This document shows positions 47,449 through 57,885 of a stretch of DNA of 64,000 nucleotides, one piece after another; positions within the stretch are counted from its first letter, which is position 1, and every line of letters begins with the position of its first letter. Source of the DNA: Chthoniobacterales bacterium. Lineage in GTDB: Bacteria > Verrucomicrobiota > Verrucomicrobiia > Chthoniobacterales > DYNR01. The stretch is taken from contig JAOAAX010000001.1 in the NCBI GenBank assembly GCA_026418675.1, positions 5,909-69,908 of the forward strand. The letters are read 5' to 3'. A program made the translations under genes and the position numbers. Under the pieces are notes generated by a model. It was not told where the DNA came from. It saw only the letters and a program-made list of their open reading frames with translations, and searched no databases.

Positions 47449-48930
47449 TTAATCTCCGTCAATCAGGGTTCCTTCTGCGCGGTATTCTGCGAGTTTGTTT
47501 CGCAAAGTGCGGATGCTTACTTGTAGCAACTCAGCAGCTTTTGTTCGATTGCCACCAGTTACCTCTAAAGCGCGAAGGATAGCGGCCTTTTCCAGCAAAT
47601 GGAGAGGCTGAACGAGATCAAAGTTTGAAAGTCCACCCGATGAACCTGCTACTTCTTCTTTAGTTGCTGTTACAGAAGTTGATACAGATGAAAAAACTGG
47701 AGTTTCAGGTAGATTTTCTTTAACCGATGTTTGCTGAGGCTGACTTGCAATCTCCACAACAGGGCCAGGCCTTGGAATGCCGAGATGCTCAAGGGTAATA
47801 AGCTTTCCTGGCTCCGCGAGGATAACCGCCCTTTCAATTACGTTCTGTAATTCACGAACATTTCCCGGCCAACGGTGTTGGCATAGGGCTTCAATGACCC
47901 CTGGAGCAAAACCGGCGAGTTTTACACCATTTTGCCTGCAAGAACGTTCAAAGAAATGTTGAGCCAGCAAGGGAATATCTTCCACCCGCTCACGCAAGGG
48001 GGGAACGTGAATAGGAAAAACATGGAGACGATAATATAAATCCTCGCGGAAATCTCCGTTCTCCACTGCCTTAATAAGGTTTCGATTGGTCGTGGCGATT
48101 ACCCTAACATCAACCTTGATGGTTTTATTCCCGCCCACGCGTTCGAACTCCCGCTCTTGCAAGACGCGAAGGAGCTTAGCCTGCAGCTGAATCGGGATTT
48201 CACTTATCTCGTCCAGGAGGATAGTTCCACCATCAGCCAATTCAAAACGCCCATCGCGCTGCTCGGTTGCCCCTGTAAATGCACCTTTTTCGTGGCCGAA
48301 AAACTCACTTTCCATGAGTTTCTCGGAAATAACTGCACAGTTGACTTTAATGTAGGGCTTATCCGCGCGGTTGCTATTCAAGAAAATTTCATTAGCAACG
48401 AGTTCCTTTCCGCTTCCATTTTCGCCGCTAATCATCACGGTCGCATTCGTCCTTGCAACGCGGTGAATAATGTCTCGCAAGGCTTTCATTGCTGGCGAGT
48501 TACCGATCATCTCGCGTGTGTTGGCTCGGTCACGGTTTAGAAAGTCGGTAATTTTGGCGCGCTTTTGGAAATCAGCAGCTTTTTTAAGGGCGATATCAAT
48601 TTGACTAATTGAGAATGGCTTCGTGATGTAATCAAACGCGCCGGCTCGCATACACTCGACTACTGCCTCGATCGCTGTATTAGCGGTAATCATCACAACA
48701 ATCGGACGAGGCACACGCTCACTAATCCTTTCAAGCAGTTCCCTCCCATCACCATCAGGGAGCTGGACATCCAAAAAAACTAGATCATAAACTCCCGTAG
48801 CTAGCCGCCGTTCCGCTTCCTCTAAGGTTTCAGCGGTTGCAACCGCATAGCGCTTATTACGAAGACGCTCCTCAAGCGTCTTGCGGATTAAGGGAGAATC
48901 ATCCACCACCAGTATGCGATGCAAATCCAT
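47449..48930 (-). CDS. Sigma54-dependent response regulator (REC-AAA+-HTH), FlbD/FlrC/AtoC-like
   Basis: REC domain (ILVVDD, LDVQLPD, YITKPF). AAA+ motifs [27 protein letters not shown] and [34 protein letters not shown]. Confidence 0.95.
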   Translation of the reverse strand: MDLHRILVVDDSPLIRKTLEERLRNKRYAVATAETLEEAERRLATGVYDLVFLDVQLPDGDGRELLERISERVPRPIVVMITANTAIEAVVECMRAGAFDYITKPFSISQIDIALKKAADFQKRAKITDFLNRDRANTREMIGNSPAMKALRDIIHRVARTNATVMISGENGSGKELVANEIFLNSNRADKPYIKVNCAVISEKLMESEFFGHEKGAFTGATEQRDGRFELADGGTILLDEISEIPIQLQAKLLRVLQEREFERVGGNKTIKVDVRVIATTNRNLIKAVENGDFREDLYYRLHVFPIHVPPLRERVEDIPLLAQHFFERSCRQNGVKLAGFAPGVIEALCQHRWPGNVRELQNVIERAVILAEPGKLITLEHLGIPRPGPVVEIASQPQQTSVKENLPETPVFSSVSTSVTATKEEVAGSSGGLSNFDLVQPLHLLEKAAILRALEVTGGNRTKAAELLQVSIRTLRNKLAEYRAEGTLIDGD

Positions 48931-49065
48931 GCCAAATTTCTACAGCCACTCAGCTATTTATTACCTATTATCACTTTCCTTGTCCAAAATCAACTTTTTT
49001 TTTGAGTTTTTTCTTGATAATTTTAATTTTTTGTAAGATATTTTAAAAAATTTAAAATTTCAAAA

Positions 49066-50124
49066 ATGGCTATTCAAGCAACCCCCGAACGAATTAGCGA
49101 AATTTCCCTCAAACTTATTGACCGAATGGGAGAGTATCTCTCGCGAATTGAGGCAATAAACTTGCAAGCGCGGCTCCTCTCCTTCAACGCTCGAATAGAG
49201 GCAGTTAAAGCAGGAAATGCTGGTAAAACTTTTTCAGTTGTAGCATCGGAAATGGGAACTCTTTCAAGGCAGACAGCTTCTGTTGCGGATTCCTTGGCTA
49301 AGGAATCTAAAGAAACTTTATCAGAACTTTATGACATCAGCCAACGTTTGTCGACAGATGTTCGAGGGAGACGTTTGTCCGATCTTGCTCACACGAACAT
49401 AGAGCTGATTGACCGTAATCTCTACGAGCGTTCCTGTGATGTTCGCTGGTGGGCTACAGACGCCAGCGTCGTCGAAGCAGCAGCAAACCCAAATAACCCT
49501 GAAATCCTTCGATTTACATCGTCAAGACTCGCTACGATTCTAAAGGCTTACACGGTTTATTACGACATTGTTGTCGCTAATTTGGAGGGAAAAATCCTAA
49601 CAAATGGCCGCCCAGCTGACTACCGTTCAATTGGTCTAGACGTTTCCAAAAACGAATGGTTTCAAACTGCACTCCGCACTACCTCTGGTGACGAATTTGG
49701 CTTCGAGGGAGTTCACAATTCCCCCCTTGTAAACGGCAAACGGATTCTTGCTTACTCCTGTGGAATTCGCCAAAACGGCAACTCTTATGGGGAACTCCTC
49801 GGCATTTTAGGCATCCTTTTCAATTGGGACTCTCTGGCCCTTACAATTGTTGACCAAACACCTCTTGCCGATGATGAAAAAGCTGCTGCTCGCGTTTGCA
49901 TTGTTGACCTACAGGGCAGAATTCTGGCCGATACCAAACGCGCCTCGACCAGAGATACTCTCCCTTTTGTGCGCGAGCTCGATATTCTTCAAACAAAACG
50001 TGGTTATAAGATAATTGAATACCAAGGCAAGCGACATCTCGTTGCTTATGGTTTCTCCCCCGGTTATGAAACCTATTCTACTGGGTGGTGCGGGCTAATC
50101 ATGTTGGAAATCAATAAAAATTAG
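49066..50124 (+). CDS. Soluble chemoreceptor-like protein: N-terminal MCP signalling tip followed by a Cache-like domain
   Basis: MCP hairpin LLSFNARIEAVKAGNAGKTFSVVASEM, then DRNLYERSCDVRWWA and Cache-like elements (YDIVVANLEGKIL, EWFQTAL, LGILGI). No TM helix. Confidence 0.8.
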   Translation: MAIQATPERISEISLKLIDRMGEYLSRIEAINLQARLLSFNARIEAVKAGNAGKTFSVVASEMGTLSRQTASVADSLAKESKETLSELYDISQRLSTDVRGRRLSDLAHTNIELIDRNLYERSCDVRWWATDASVVEAAANPNNPEILRFTSSRLATILKAYTVYYDIVVANLEGKILTNGRPADYRSIGLDVSKNEWFQTALRTTSGDEFGFEGVHNSPLVNGKRILAYSCGIRQNGNSYGELLGILGILFNWDSLALTIVDQTPLADDEKAAARVCIVDLQGRILADTKRASTRDTLPFVRELDILQTKRGYKIIEYQGKRHLVAYGFSPGYETYSTGWCGLIMLEINKN

Positions 50125-50166
50125 ACAAACAAATCTAATTTATTTTGCCATTTTAAAAATTCCATT

Positions 50167-50204
50167 CTTCATGTCTCATAATTAAAATAGACATGAAGGT
50201 TTTA
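50167..50204. terminator. Hairpin between the convergent MCP-like and batD genes
   Basis: 10-bp stem CTTCATGTCT...AGACATGAAG followed by GTTTT. Confidence 0.6.
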
Positions 50205-50211
50205 ATTAGAG

Positions 50212-53157
50212 TTAATTTGATAAAACAGAGTGGAGAGTAGATGTAGGAACCCAACCTTTTTTCTCCTCCATTGTTTCCACGAACGCCCACTTCCCCCTCC
50301 GCAAATTTTCGCGGACAATGCTCCCGACTGGCAAATTTTCTATTCCCCCAGCATTTTCATTGGGAGTAATCCGTAAAGGGACAGGGCGCACAGACTCAAC
50401 AACTGCGAAATTGCGCCAAGCCATCAATGGGTCCCCTACCCCAGCGCCTAGAAAAAAAGCTCCAGAAAAAATTAAAGCCGCAATACTTATAGCGACTAAC
50501 CCTTTTTTCCTCCACAATAAACCAAACAAAATTAAAAATATTGAAGTCCAGAAAAAAACTGACCCTAAAATCCACAATACTTTGACTCCTAAAATACGCG
50601 CTATTTCCTCACCCAAATTTCGCTTTGGCAGAATAAACTCATAACGGCGCGCTAGTTCCTCGAGCGCCAAGCGCGAAGGCGCAAAGGAAAGATCGAGCAT
50701 CTGCGAACGTAAGAGCGATGCCACTGCCGCAGCGATTTCTCCAGCCGAAGCCTGTGAAATTCCGAGGTTGTAGAATATTTCTGGACTGGGTCCCAGCATA
50801 GAATTTGCCAGGAGAAATGACTTTTTAGCACTCTCCCAATCATTTTTCGCATAAGCGTCCAATCCCTGTTCAAAAAGGAAATTGCCATCTTGGGATATTT
50901 CAGAGCCGGGCAATTGTGTGCTAGCACTTGTCTGATGAGTTGGAACATTCGTTGAATTCGACTCCGCCGAAGCAAAAACGTTTTGGCAAACAACAGAACA
51001 GAAAAGAAAAGTTGAGCCAACTATCACTAAAAGAATGGTTTTGCTGAATTGTGATCTCTCCTTACGAAAGTGGAACGGGAGTTGGGTTCGGTTTAAACGG
51101 CGCAAAGCTTGAAGAATTTGCTGATGTTCCAGTCCAGAAATTTTGGGTGCACGGCTCGCAAACCTTGCTTCATCACATGCACTCAAGATTCTTCGAATGT
51201 CCTCCACAAGGTCAGCAGGCAAGTTACAAGTGGACTCTAGAAGCGAATGAGCATCGGCCAAATCAACAGACAAATTCATCCTTAATGCAGATTCCAAACG
51301 AAGAAAATCCCACACCTCTCCCAAGAAGATACGTGTATCTTTTGGTTCTCGCGAAATTCGGGATAAAATTTTTTGTTGCTCTTTCCGTATCTTTGCAATG
51401 CGGGCGGACTCGCTATTCGCCGCTCTTCGAAGGAGCAAAAAAATTGTAAATGCTAGAGCCGAAAGCAACGCGGCAGAATTAGCAATCAAAAATTCCGTGC
51501 GAAAGGGAAGCGGGACAAAGGACTCCTTTCTCCAAACAAGCGCTGGTTCAAAGGAAAGATCCAGTTTTTTGTTTTGTTCCTCTTTTTTTTCCTCTTTCGC
51601 ATCTTCGGCTTTCTTTACCGTTGGAGAGGGAGGAGTTGGCGATACTGCCACCTGCGGGGGCTGCTGAGCAGATGGGAGTCTTTGATCCTTACCACGAACT
51701 AACACTGGCTGGGGATCGGCCCGCAGTGTAACGTATTTTTTTTGGGTAGGATCAAAATACGTAAACTTAGCCGATGGGGTAAGTTGAACTTCCCGCAGGG
51801 ACACAATCGTTATCTCAAACGTCTTCTTCCCGCTAAATCCTACTGAATCCATTGGCTGGAAATTATCGGACCCGCTGTAAACACGCCAACCATCCGTTTC
51901 CTCTAGTTCAGGCGGTTGGATGGCATTGAAATTCCCGCTCCCTGTGATTTCTACAATTAGTTTAATAGGCTCACCTACTTCCGAGCGAGCTGGCTCAACT
52001 CGCTGCCGAATTTGAAATTGTCCAATAGCCCCTGTGAAATCGGGAGGTTGCCCTTCCTTGGGAGGTTGATGAACTTCAAGAGAAACCCCATTACTTTCCA
52101 CTTCAAATTCCCGTCGCTGTCCTAAAAGGGTGTCAAACATTCCGAAAGGATCAAAGCCGAAGAAGTCTTCCCAGATTGACGAGCCAGGGAACTGGCCCGA
52201 CGAAATTACGCTCATTTTGGCTCGTATTGGAGGGATCTGGAGATTGCCTGCTTTTACAGGCGATAAGGTCGTCTGCAAGGAGGCTACTTCGTAGGAGATG
52301 CCATTCCGGACTTCTGTCCTTCGCTGAGGTTCTGAAAACTTTTCTGCCACAAATCCTTCTCCCATGATTTGACCAAGCTCATGAACATCGAATTGAAAGC
52401 GCTGATCTAGATAGATGCGGAGTTCCACTGGCACCCTCTGCCCAACATAGAGAGGACCCTCTGGCAGGATTAATTCCATCCAAACAGGACGACTCTGCTC
52501 GTTACCGGAACGATTGCCTACTTGAGGACCAGGGCTCTGTAATCCAGGTGGCAAAGGCGGATAACCCTGGCTCGGCGGCAGAGTAGGCGCCGGAATTTGT
52601 ATCGCTGAACCCTTATGGGCTTGCTGAGAGGGACTTTGTCTAATTACTCGCAGCCGAAGAGGTTGGGTCTGCAACACCTGTCGCCCCACCCGAACACTTA
52701 TCGAGGGGATTACAAAATCCCCTTCCCGTAACGGACGAACCTCGTAGCTCCGGCTAACTCGGATACTGGACTGAAAATTGATAATCTGGACCTGAGTAGA
52801 TTGAGCACGTGGATGAATTTCTAGCCCATCAATGTTGATTTGAGGAGGTATGTCCGCATTTGTCGAACCAGAAACCACAATTTCGAGAATAGCAACCTCC
52901 CCAACTGAAATTTGCTCGCGGTTCAGCTTAGCCTGAACCGATGGTGCCTGCCCGTAAGCTATTATCGGTGCGAATAAAGCAAAAAATGCCGATAGAAAAA
53001 TCGTCAAAGTAAAGGATCCGTGTAACCAGTTTCTAAAAACCCAAGACGTTGAGTGTTTATACTTTGCCAGAGTCTTCCGTCTTCGGGCAGAAAAGGGAAT
53101 TTGCTGAAAAAAATAATTTTGACTCATAAATCTACAATTTATTTTCCAGGTTACCAA
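50212..53157 (-). CDS. batD: BatD-family protein with a fused BatE-like TPR-SH3 C-terminus (true start uncertain)
   Basis: Ig-like BatD repeats, FTGAIGQF and GSGNF, a TM segment, TPR (YNLG) and an SH3b-like end (W...KKGWVP). Confidence 0.85.
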   Translation of the reverse strand: MVTWKINCRFMSQNYFFQQIPFSARRRKTLAKYKHSTSWVFRNWLHGSFTLTIFLSAFFALFAPIIAYGQAPSVQAKLNREQISVGEVAILEIVVSGSTNADIPPQINIDGLEIHPRAQSTQVQIINFQSSIRVSRSYEVRPLREGDFVIPSISVRVGRQVLQTQPLRLRVIRQSPSQQAHKGSAIQIPAPTLPPSQGYPPLPPGLQSPGPQVGNRSGNEQSRPVWMELILPEGPLYVGQRVPVELRIYLDQRFQFDVHELGQIMGEGFVAEKFSEPQRRTEVRNGISYEVASLQTTLSPVKAGNLQIPPIRAKMSVISSGQFPGSSIWEDFFGFDPFGMFDTLLGQRREFEVESNGVSLEVHQPPKEGQPPDFTGAIGQFQIRQRVEPARSEVGEPIKLIVEITGSGNFNAIQPPELEETDGWRVYSGSDNFQPMDSVGFSGKKTFEITIVSLREVQLTPSAKFTYFDPTQKKYVTLRADPQPVLVRGKDQRLPSAQQPPQVAVSPTPPSPTVKKAEDAKEEKKEEQNKKLDLSFEPALVWRKESFVPLPFRTEFLIANSAALLSALAFTIFLLLRRAANSESARIAKIRKEQQKILSRISREPKDTRIFLGEVWDFLRLESALRMNLSVDLADAHSLLESTCNLPADLVEDIRRILSACDEARFASRAPKISGLEHQQILQALRRLNRTQLPFHFRKERSQFSKTILLVIVGSTFLFCSVVCQNVFASAESNSTNVPTHQTSASTQLPGSEISQDGNFLFEQGLDAYAKNDWESAKKSFLLANSMLGPSPEIFYNLGISQASAGEIAAAVASLLRSQMLDLSFAPSRLALEELARRYEFILPKRNLGEEIARILGVKVLWILGSVFFWTSIFLILFGLLWRKKGLVAISIAALIFSGAFFLGAGVGDPLMAWRNFAVVESVRPVPLRITPNENAGGIENLPVGSIVRENLRRGKWAFVETMEEKKGWVPTSTLHSVLSN

Positions 53158-55295
53158 TCGCGCAAAACTTGCTCTTCTCTGGCACGTTCCAACAACCTTA
53201 CGCGCTCTTCTTCGTTACGCAAAGCTTCGAGCAAAGCTCGTGCTTGTTTAGGCGTCATGGATGCAGGTTTTTCCTCGGGATGTATTTGTTCTTCCAATCC
53301 GGTTTGTTTTTGCTCATTCGGATCTTGCTCCAGTTCACCTTCCTTTCTCTCCTGTTTTTCCTGTAGATGAAAATCTGGACTTTGGTTTAAGGAACTTGTG
53401 CGATCCCTATCGCTTTTGCGCTCATTCTGATCAAAACTTTGTTGGCTTTGCTCATCTCTTTGCTGCTGATCAGGGGAATTCTGCTCCTGATTATTTGTAG
53501 TAGATTGGGGTTGAGATTTTTCCTGCTGCTGAGAGTCTTGCGGACTCTGGCTGTTTTGGTTTTGGTTCTCAGCTCCTTGTCCTTGCTGGTTTTGTTGCTG
53601 TTTATCGTTGTTTGATTGTGGATTCTGGGAATTTTGGCGAGGATTTTGCTGTAGTTGTGAGGATTCCTCCTGATTTTTCTGAGAATTCTCCTGTTGTGAC
53701 GGGTTAGGTTGGTTTTGCGGGGGAGGTGGCTGCTGCTTTTCAAGCTCCTCGAGAAGTTTCTTTACAACTTCGATGTTTTCTTTTGCCTGTTGATGGTTGG
53801 GTTCCTCTGCAAGAACAGCTTCATAGTTTTCGATCGCATCAAGCCAGTCGCGTTTTTTCCTTTCGATTTTGTCAGCATTTTCTCCGGCCCGGACGAGGGA
53901 ATTAGCAAGGTTGTAGTAAGACTGAATCTGAAGTTTCTTATCGCCAATTCGGATTGCTTCACTGAAGTTCTCTATTGCCTTCTGGTATTGCCCAAGCCGG
54001 TAGGCTGCAGCACCGGCATTAAAGAAATTTTCGGCTTTGTTGAAGGGTCCGTGAGCGCGGCGCTCATATTCATCCAGCGCTTGGGCAAATTCTCCCCGCC
54101 GGTATTTTTGGATTGATGGGTCGAGTAATTCTGACAGTGCAAAGGTTTTTGTAGGAAAGAGCAAACAACCAAATACCGAAGCAAGAATAAGAACGACGTT
54201 TGTTATTTGTGGTAACGAGGGATTTGAAGTTTCTGTAGATAATGATGGTTCCTTTTGGAAAGATTTGCGGAATCTTAAACGGAACAAGGAGAAACGGCGT
54301 TCGGGGAGAAGGAGCCACAGAACAAGTAAAAGAACAGCGGCTAAGGTGGGCAACTGGTATCGCTCGATGGGGATTCGCATAACCATTGCGTCGGACTTTG
54401 CTGCTCTGAGCGGTTCAATACCCTCCCGCACAATTCGTTCGGCTGTATCGTGATCAAGATGGAGATAAAAGCCACCTGTTGTTTGAGCTATTTGCCGTAG
54501 GCGAATTTCATCTAAGCGGGAGTGGACAGGTTTTCCGTCGGGTCCGCGCACGAAATCTTGACGTCCATCTGGGGTCTGAATCGGTATGAGGGAACCATCT
54601 GCAGAACCAACACCAACGGTAAAAATCTTAATTCCCTGCTGTGCTGCTTCCCGTGCAGCTCCGACAGCATCCGCTTCCAGTTCCTCGCCATCGCTAATCA
54701 GAATAATAGCTTTTTCTGAACTCTCCGCACTTGTAAAAGCTTTAACAGCAGTTCGGATGGCAATAGCGATATTGGTGCTTCCTCGCGGAATAATGGTGGG
54801 ATCCAGCTCAGATATTGTCAGTTCCAAGGCATTTCGGTCGAGGGTCAGAGGCGCTTGGAGGAAAGCGGAACCAGCAAAAGCTACGATACCTAAGCGGTTG
54901 CCGCGCAATTGGTTGACCAAATCACGGCAGAGTAAACGGGCACGCTCTAGTCTGCTAGGAGGTGGGTCTGGCGCTAACATCGAGCGTGAAACATCCACAC
55001 AAAGGATTACATCGCGCCCTTCGTTTTTTACTTTTATGTCATAATAGCCAGTCCTCGGCCTTGCTAAAGCAAGAACGATACATGCTAAAGCGAGCAAAAC
55101 GAGCAAAGCGCGAAAAGCTCGCAAGACTGGGCTTACCGAACCGGCAAGAAGAGCACGAAGCCGAGGCGAAACGATGCGATCAATCAGTTTCCTCCTCCGA
55201 AAATGATTCAAGAGAAAAAGCAGGGCAAAAATGGGAACAACAATCAGACCAAAAAGCCAAGCAGGCTGGCCAAGAGTTATGGCAAACGTTTCCAT
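53151..55295 (-). CDS. batB: BatB-like VWA protein fused to a BatC-like TPR and Gln-rich region
   Basis: MIDAS DVSRSM, PLTLD and ISDGE. TPRs (FNAGAAAYR, YYNLANSL), a Q/N-rich linker and terminal ALLEAL...RDW. Confidence 0.85.
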   Translation of the reverse strand: METFAITLGQPAWLFGLIVVPIFALLFLLNHFRRRKLIDRIVSPRLRALLAGSVSPVLRAFRALLVLLALACIVLALARPRTGYYDIKVKNEGRDVILCVDVSRSMLAPDPPPSRLERARLLCRDLVNQLRGNRLGIVAFAGSAFLQAPLTLDRNALELTISELDPTIIPRGSTNIAIAIRTAVKAFTSAESSEKAIILISDGEELEADAVGAAREAAQQGIKIFTVGVGSADGSLIPIQTPDGRQDFVRGPDGKPVHSRLDEIRLRQIAQTTGGFYLHLDHDTAERIVREGIEPLRAAKSDAMVMRIPIERYQLPTLAAVLLLVLWLLLPERRFSLFRLRFRKSFQKEPSLSTETSNPSLPQITNVVLILASVFGCLLFPTKTFALSELLDPSIQKYRRGEFAQALDEYERRAHGPFNKAENFFNAGAAAYRLGQYQKAIENFSEAIRIGDKKLQIQSYYNLANSLVRAGENADKIERKKRDWLDAIENYEAVLAEEPNHQQAKENIEVVKKLLEELEKQQPPPPQNQPNPSQQENSQKNQEESSQLQQNPRQNSQNPQSNNDKQQQNQQGQGAENQNQNSQSPQDSQQQEKSQPQSTTNNQEQNSPDQQQRDEQSQQSFDQNERKSDRDRTSSLNQSPDFHLQEKQERKEGELEQDPNEQKQTGLEEQIHPEEKPASMTPKQARALLEALRNEEERVRLLERAREEQVLRDW

Positions 55296-56296
55296 AAAGT
55301 TAGCGAAAGCAATAGTTCGAGGGAAAGTAGGCTGAAGCCAGCCAGTAGGAACCATCCGAAGAGATCATGGTGGAGAGCGATTTTTTCGATCTCTACGTCT
55401 GTTTTTTCGAGCCGGTCAATATCGTTGAAGATGGCTTCGAGGGAACGGGTATCAGTAGCGCGGAAATATTTACCTCCGGTTATGCTTGCAATCTGTTGAA
55501 GGACGGTTTCGTTGAATCCCATTTCTACGTTCCGATAGAAAATACGTCCGAAGGGATCCTGAAAGGGATAAGGGACCGGCCCTCTGGAGCCTGCGCCGAT
55601 GGTGTAGATTCGAATGCCAAGAGCTTTGGCAGCTTCTGCAGCCGTCAGAGGTTGAATTGAACCGGCGTTGTTGTCGCCATCGGAAAGTAGGATCATGATT
55701 TTGGATTTGGAAGGTTTGTCTTTGAGTCGGTTTGCAGCGGAAGCAATAGCAGAGCCGATTGCTGTTCCATCCTCTACGAGCCCGATTCGCAAGCGCTCCA
55801 GATTGTAAGCTAACCAGTTGTGGTCGAGAGTAAGAGGACTTACAAGGTATGGCCTTCCAGCAAAGGCCACGATTCCAATTCTGTCATTCGGACGCGAAAG
55901 GATGAATTTCTCCGTTACCATACGGACTGCTTCAAAGCGGTTTGCTCGCTTCGTGCCGAGAGTAAAATCCTCAGCTAACATCGAACGGGAGACATCGAGA
56001 ACGAGCATGATGTCCACCCCGCTGGAATGGGTGCGGGTAACGGTCTGCCCTAGCTGCGGCCGAGCAAGTGCAACAATCAACGAAGCTAGAGTAAAATAGG
56101 ATAAAGATGTCAAAAAGTCACCCACTCGCGATAGACGCCTTTTTCCTATTTTTTCGAGTATTGAAGTTGAAGAATAGAGGATAGCAGGTGCGTTCCCTAT
56201 ACGTCCGCGAAGGAAGGAAAGAATTGGTATAAGAAGGAGGAGCAAAAGCCAACGAGGTTCGGCAAAGCTAATTCCGAAAAACGTCCAATCACTCAT
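55277..56296 (-). CDS. batA: BatA-like VWA domain membrane protein
   Basis: Motifs ALARPQ, LDVSRSM, DRIGIVAF, GTAIG, LSDGDNNAG and GGKYFRA. Confidence 0.9.
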   Translation of the reverse strand: MSDWTFFGISFAEPRWLLLLLLIPILSFLRGRIGNAPAILYSSTSILEKIGKRRLSRVGDFLTSLSYFTLASLIVALARPQLGQTVTRTHSSGVDIMLVLDVSRSMLAEDFTLGTKRANRFEAVRMVTEKFILSRPNDRIGIVAFAGRPYLVSPLTLDHNWLAYNLERLRIGLVEDGTAIGSAIASAANRLKDKPSKSKIMILLSDGDNNAGSIQPLTAAEAAKALGIRIYTIGAGSRGPVPYPFQDPFGRIFYRNVEMGFNETVLQQIASITGGKYFRATDTRSLEAIFNDIDRLEKTDVEIEKIALHHDLFGWFLLAGFSLLSLELLLSLTLWKRLP

Positions 56297-56916
56297 GTTT
56301 TAGCTACCGTCGTAGGGTGGGTTTGTAGTTGAGAGCGGACCGCTTCTTTTTCGGCAGAAACAAAGAGGGGTTTGCGGACAAATGTCTCTGCGGCTTGAAA
56401 GAGTTTTTGGAGTTCTTGGCTAGAGGCTTCGACTCTGGCAAACTTAATCAGGTCTGCCAGCTCAAGGAATTCGCGTAAGCTTGCACGCTCTTCGCTGGTA
56501 AAGAGCGGATGATTGCGAATATTTTCAAGGAACTCGAGGGAAGTAGCCGAAACAGCGCGTAAACCAAATGCTTCTTCGAGATAACTGCGAAGAATAGCAG
56601 AGATTTTAAGGGCATATTCATATGCAGTGAGATTCTCTGCTTGGAGTGAAGCTAGCGCTGCAATTGCTTTGGCCTGTGGGGAAAGCGGAGGCCCTTGTCT
56701 GCGACGAGAAAGGAACCACCAAACCAAGGAAACTAAACCAGCAAGAAGAAGTAGTAAGATAAGGAGGAATAACCAACTCGGAATGAGCATCACCCCCCTT
56801 GCATCAATTATATCGTGAATGGGAGCTGGAGTTGCTGAAGGGATAATACCTTGAAAAGCAGAATTTCCAGGCATACTGAAAATTGCAAGTTTTTTTAAAT
56901 CAGGGAATTCTATCAA
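56293..56916 (-). CDS. DUF4381-like membrane protein of moxR/bat operons
   Basis: IHDI followed by one TM helix, ILRSYLE, TSLEFL and ADLIKFA. Confidence 0.75.
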   Translation of the reverse strand: MIEFPDLKKLAIFSMPGNSAFQGIIPSATPAPIHDIIDARGVMLIPSWLFLLILLLLLAGLVSLVWWFLSRRRQGPPLSPQAKAIAALASLQAENLTAYEYALKISAILRSYLEEAFGLRAVSATSLEFLENIRNHPLFTSEERASLREFLELADLIKFARVEASSQELQKLFQAAETFVRKPLFVSAEKEAVRSQLQTHPTTVAKT

Positions 56917-57869
56917 GGGGCAAGGCGGCGCTCTCGTGTCAGGAAGAAAGAGCGTAGGGGTGGTAAGCAGTCGCGGTCAGTTCGAAGAACGATACAGTCA
57001 ATGTTTCTCTTTTGGAAGAGGCGGTGAAGTTCGGAACGTCGTCTTTCCTCGAGAGCAGCAAAGGCGTTCCTCGCTGCAAGGGAAGAGGTATCGAATTCGA
57101 TTTGGCGCCCAGTTTCTGCGTCTTCGAGGGTCACAAGGCCCACTTCGGGAAGCTCAAACTCGCCTGGATCGCAGATTTCAATTGCAATAAGGTCATGTTT
57201 GCGGCTTGCAACGGCTAAGGTTTTTTCGAAGTGCTGGTCGAGAAAATCAGAAATGAGGAAAACGACAGCGCGGCGAGTTAAGAGACGGTTCAGCAGTGTC
57301 AGGGCATTCGAAAGATCGGTCTTTTTTCTAACTGGCTCGTAGTATAGCATGTCGCGGATGAGACGGAGTGTATGTTGGCGACCTTTTCGAGGTGGGATGA
57401 TGAGTTCGGGCTGGTCGGTAAAAAGCAATAGGCCAACTTTGTCATTATTCTTTACTGCACTGAAAGCGAGGATAGCTGCTACCTCGGCAGCTAATTCACG
57501 TTTGCTTGAATGAACGCTCCCGTAGTTCCCAGAAGCACTTACGTCCACAGCCAACATCACGGTAAGTTCGCGCTCTTCCGTGAATTTTTTAACAAAAGGT
57601 TTGTCCATTCGGGCTGTAACGTTCCAATCAATGGAGCGAGTGTCATCTCCGGGAACGTATTCTCGGACTTCCTCGAAGTTCATTCCGCGACCTTTGAAAA
57701 CGCTGTGGTATTGTCCAGCGAAGGAGGTATCAACAAGGCGCCGAGTGCGGATTTCGATATGCCGCAGGCGGCTGAGAATGGACTTCGTATCAATCACCGG
57801 ATGAGGGAAATTTTCTGACAGGAAGGGCCTTGCGGTAGGAGAGAAAGAAAGATTGGCCCAAAAAAACAA
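56913..57869 (-). CDS. DUF58 protein (likely start GTG 57797)
   Basis: Motifs GQYHSVFKGRGMNFEEVREYVPGDD, IDWNVTAR, EEREL and ISDF. Confidence 0.93.
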   Translation of the reverse strand: MFFWANLSFSPTARPFLSENFPHPVIDTKSILSRLRHIEIRTRRLVDTSFAGQYHSVFKGRGMNFEEVREYVPGDDTRSIDWNVTARMDKPFVKKFTEERELTVMLAVDVSASGNYGSVHSSKRELAAEVAAILAFSAVKNNDKVGLLLFTDQPELIIPPRKGRQHTLRLIRDMLYYEPVRKKTDLSNALTLLNRLLTRRAVVFLISDFLDQHFEKTLAVASRKHDLIAIEICDPGEFELPEVGLVTLEDAETGRQIEFDTSSLAARNAFAALEERRRSELHRLFQKRNIDCIVLRTDRDCLPPLRSFFLTRERRLAP

Positions 57870-57885
57870 AGGTAATCAGGGAGAT

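Noticed and set aside
53380-53740. Low-complexity CTG/TTG-rich tract
   Set aside because: It encodes the usual Gln/Asn-rich BatC-type linker.
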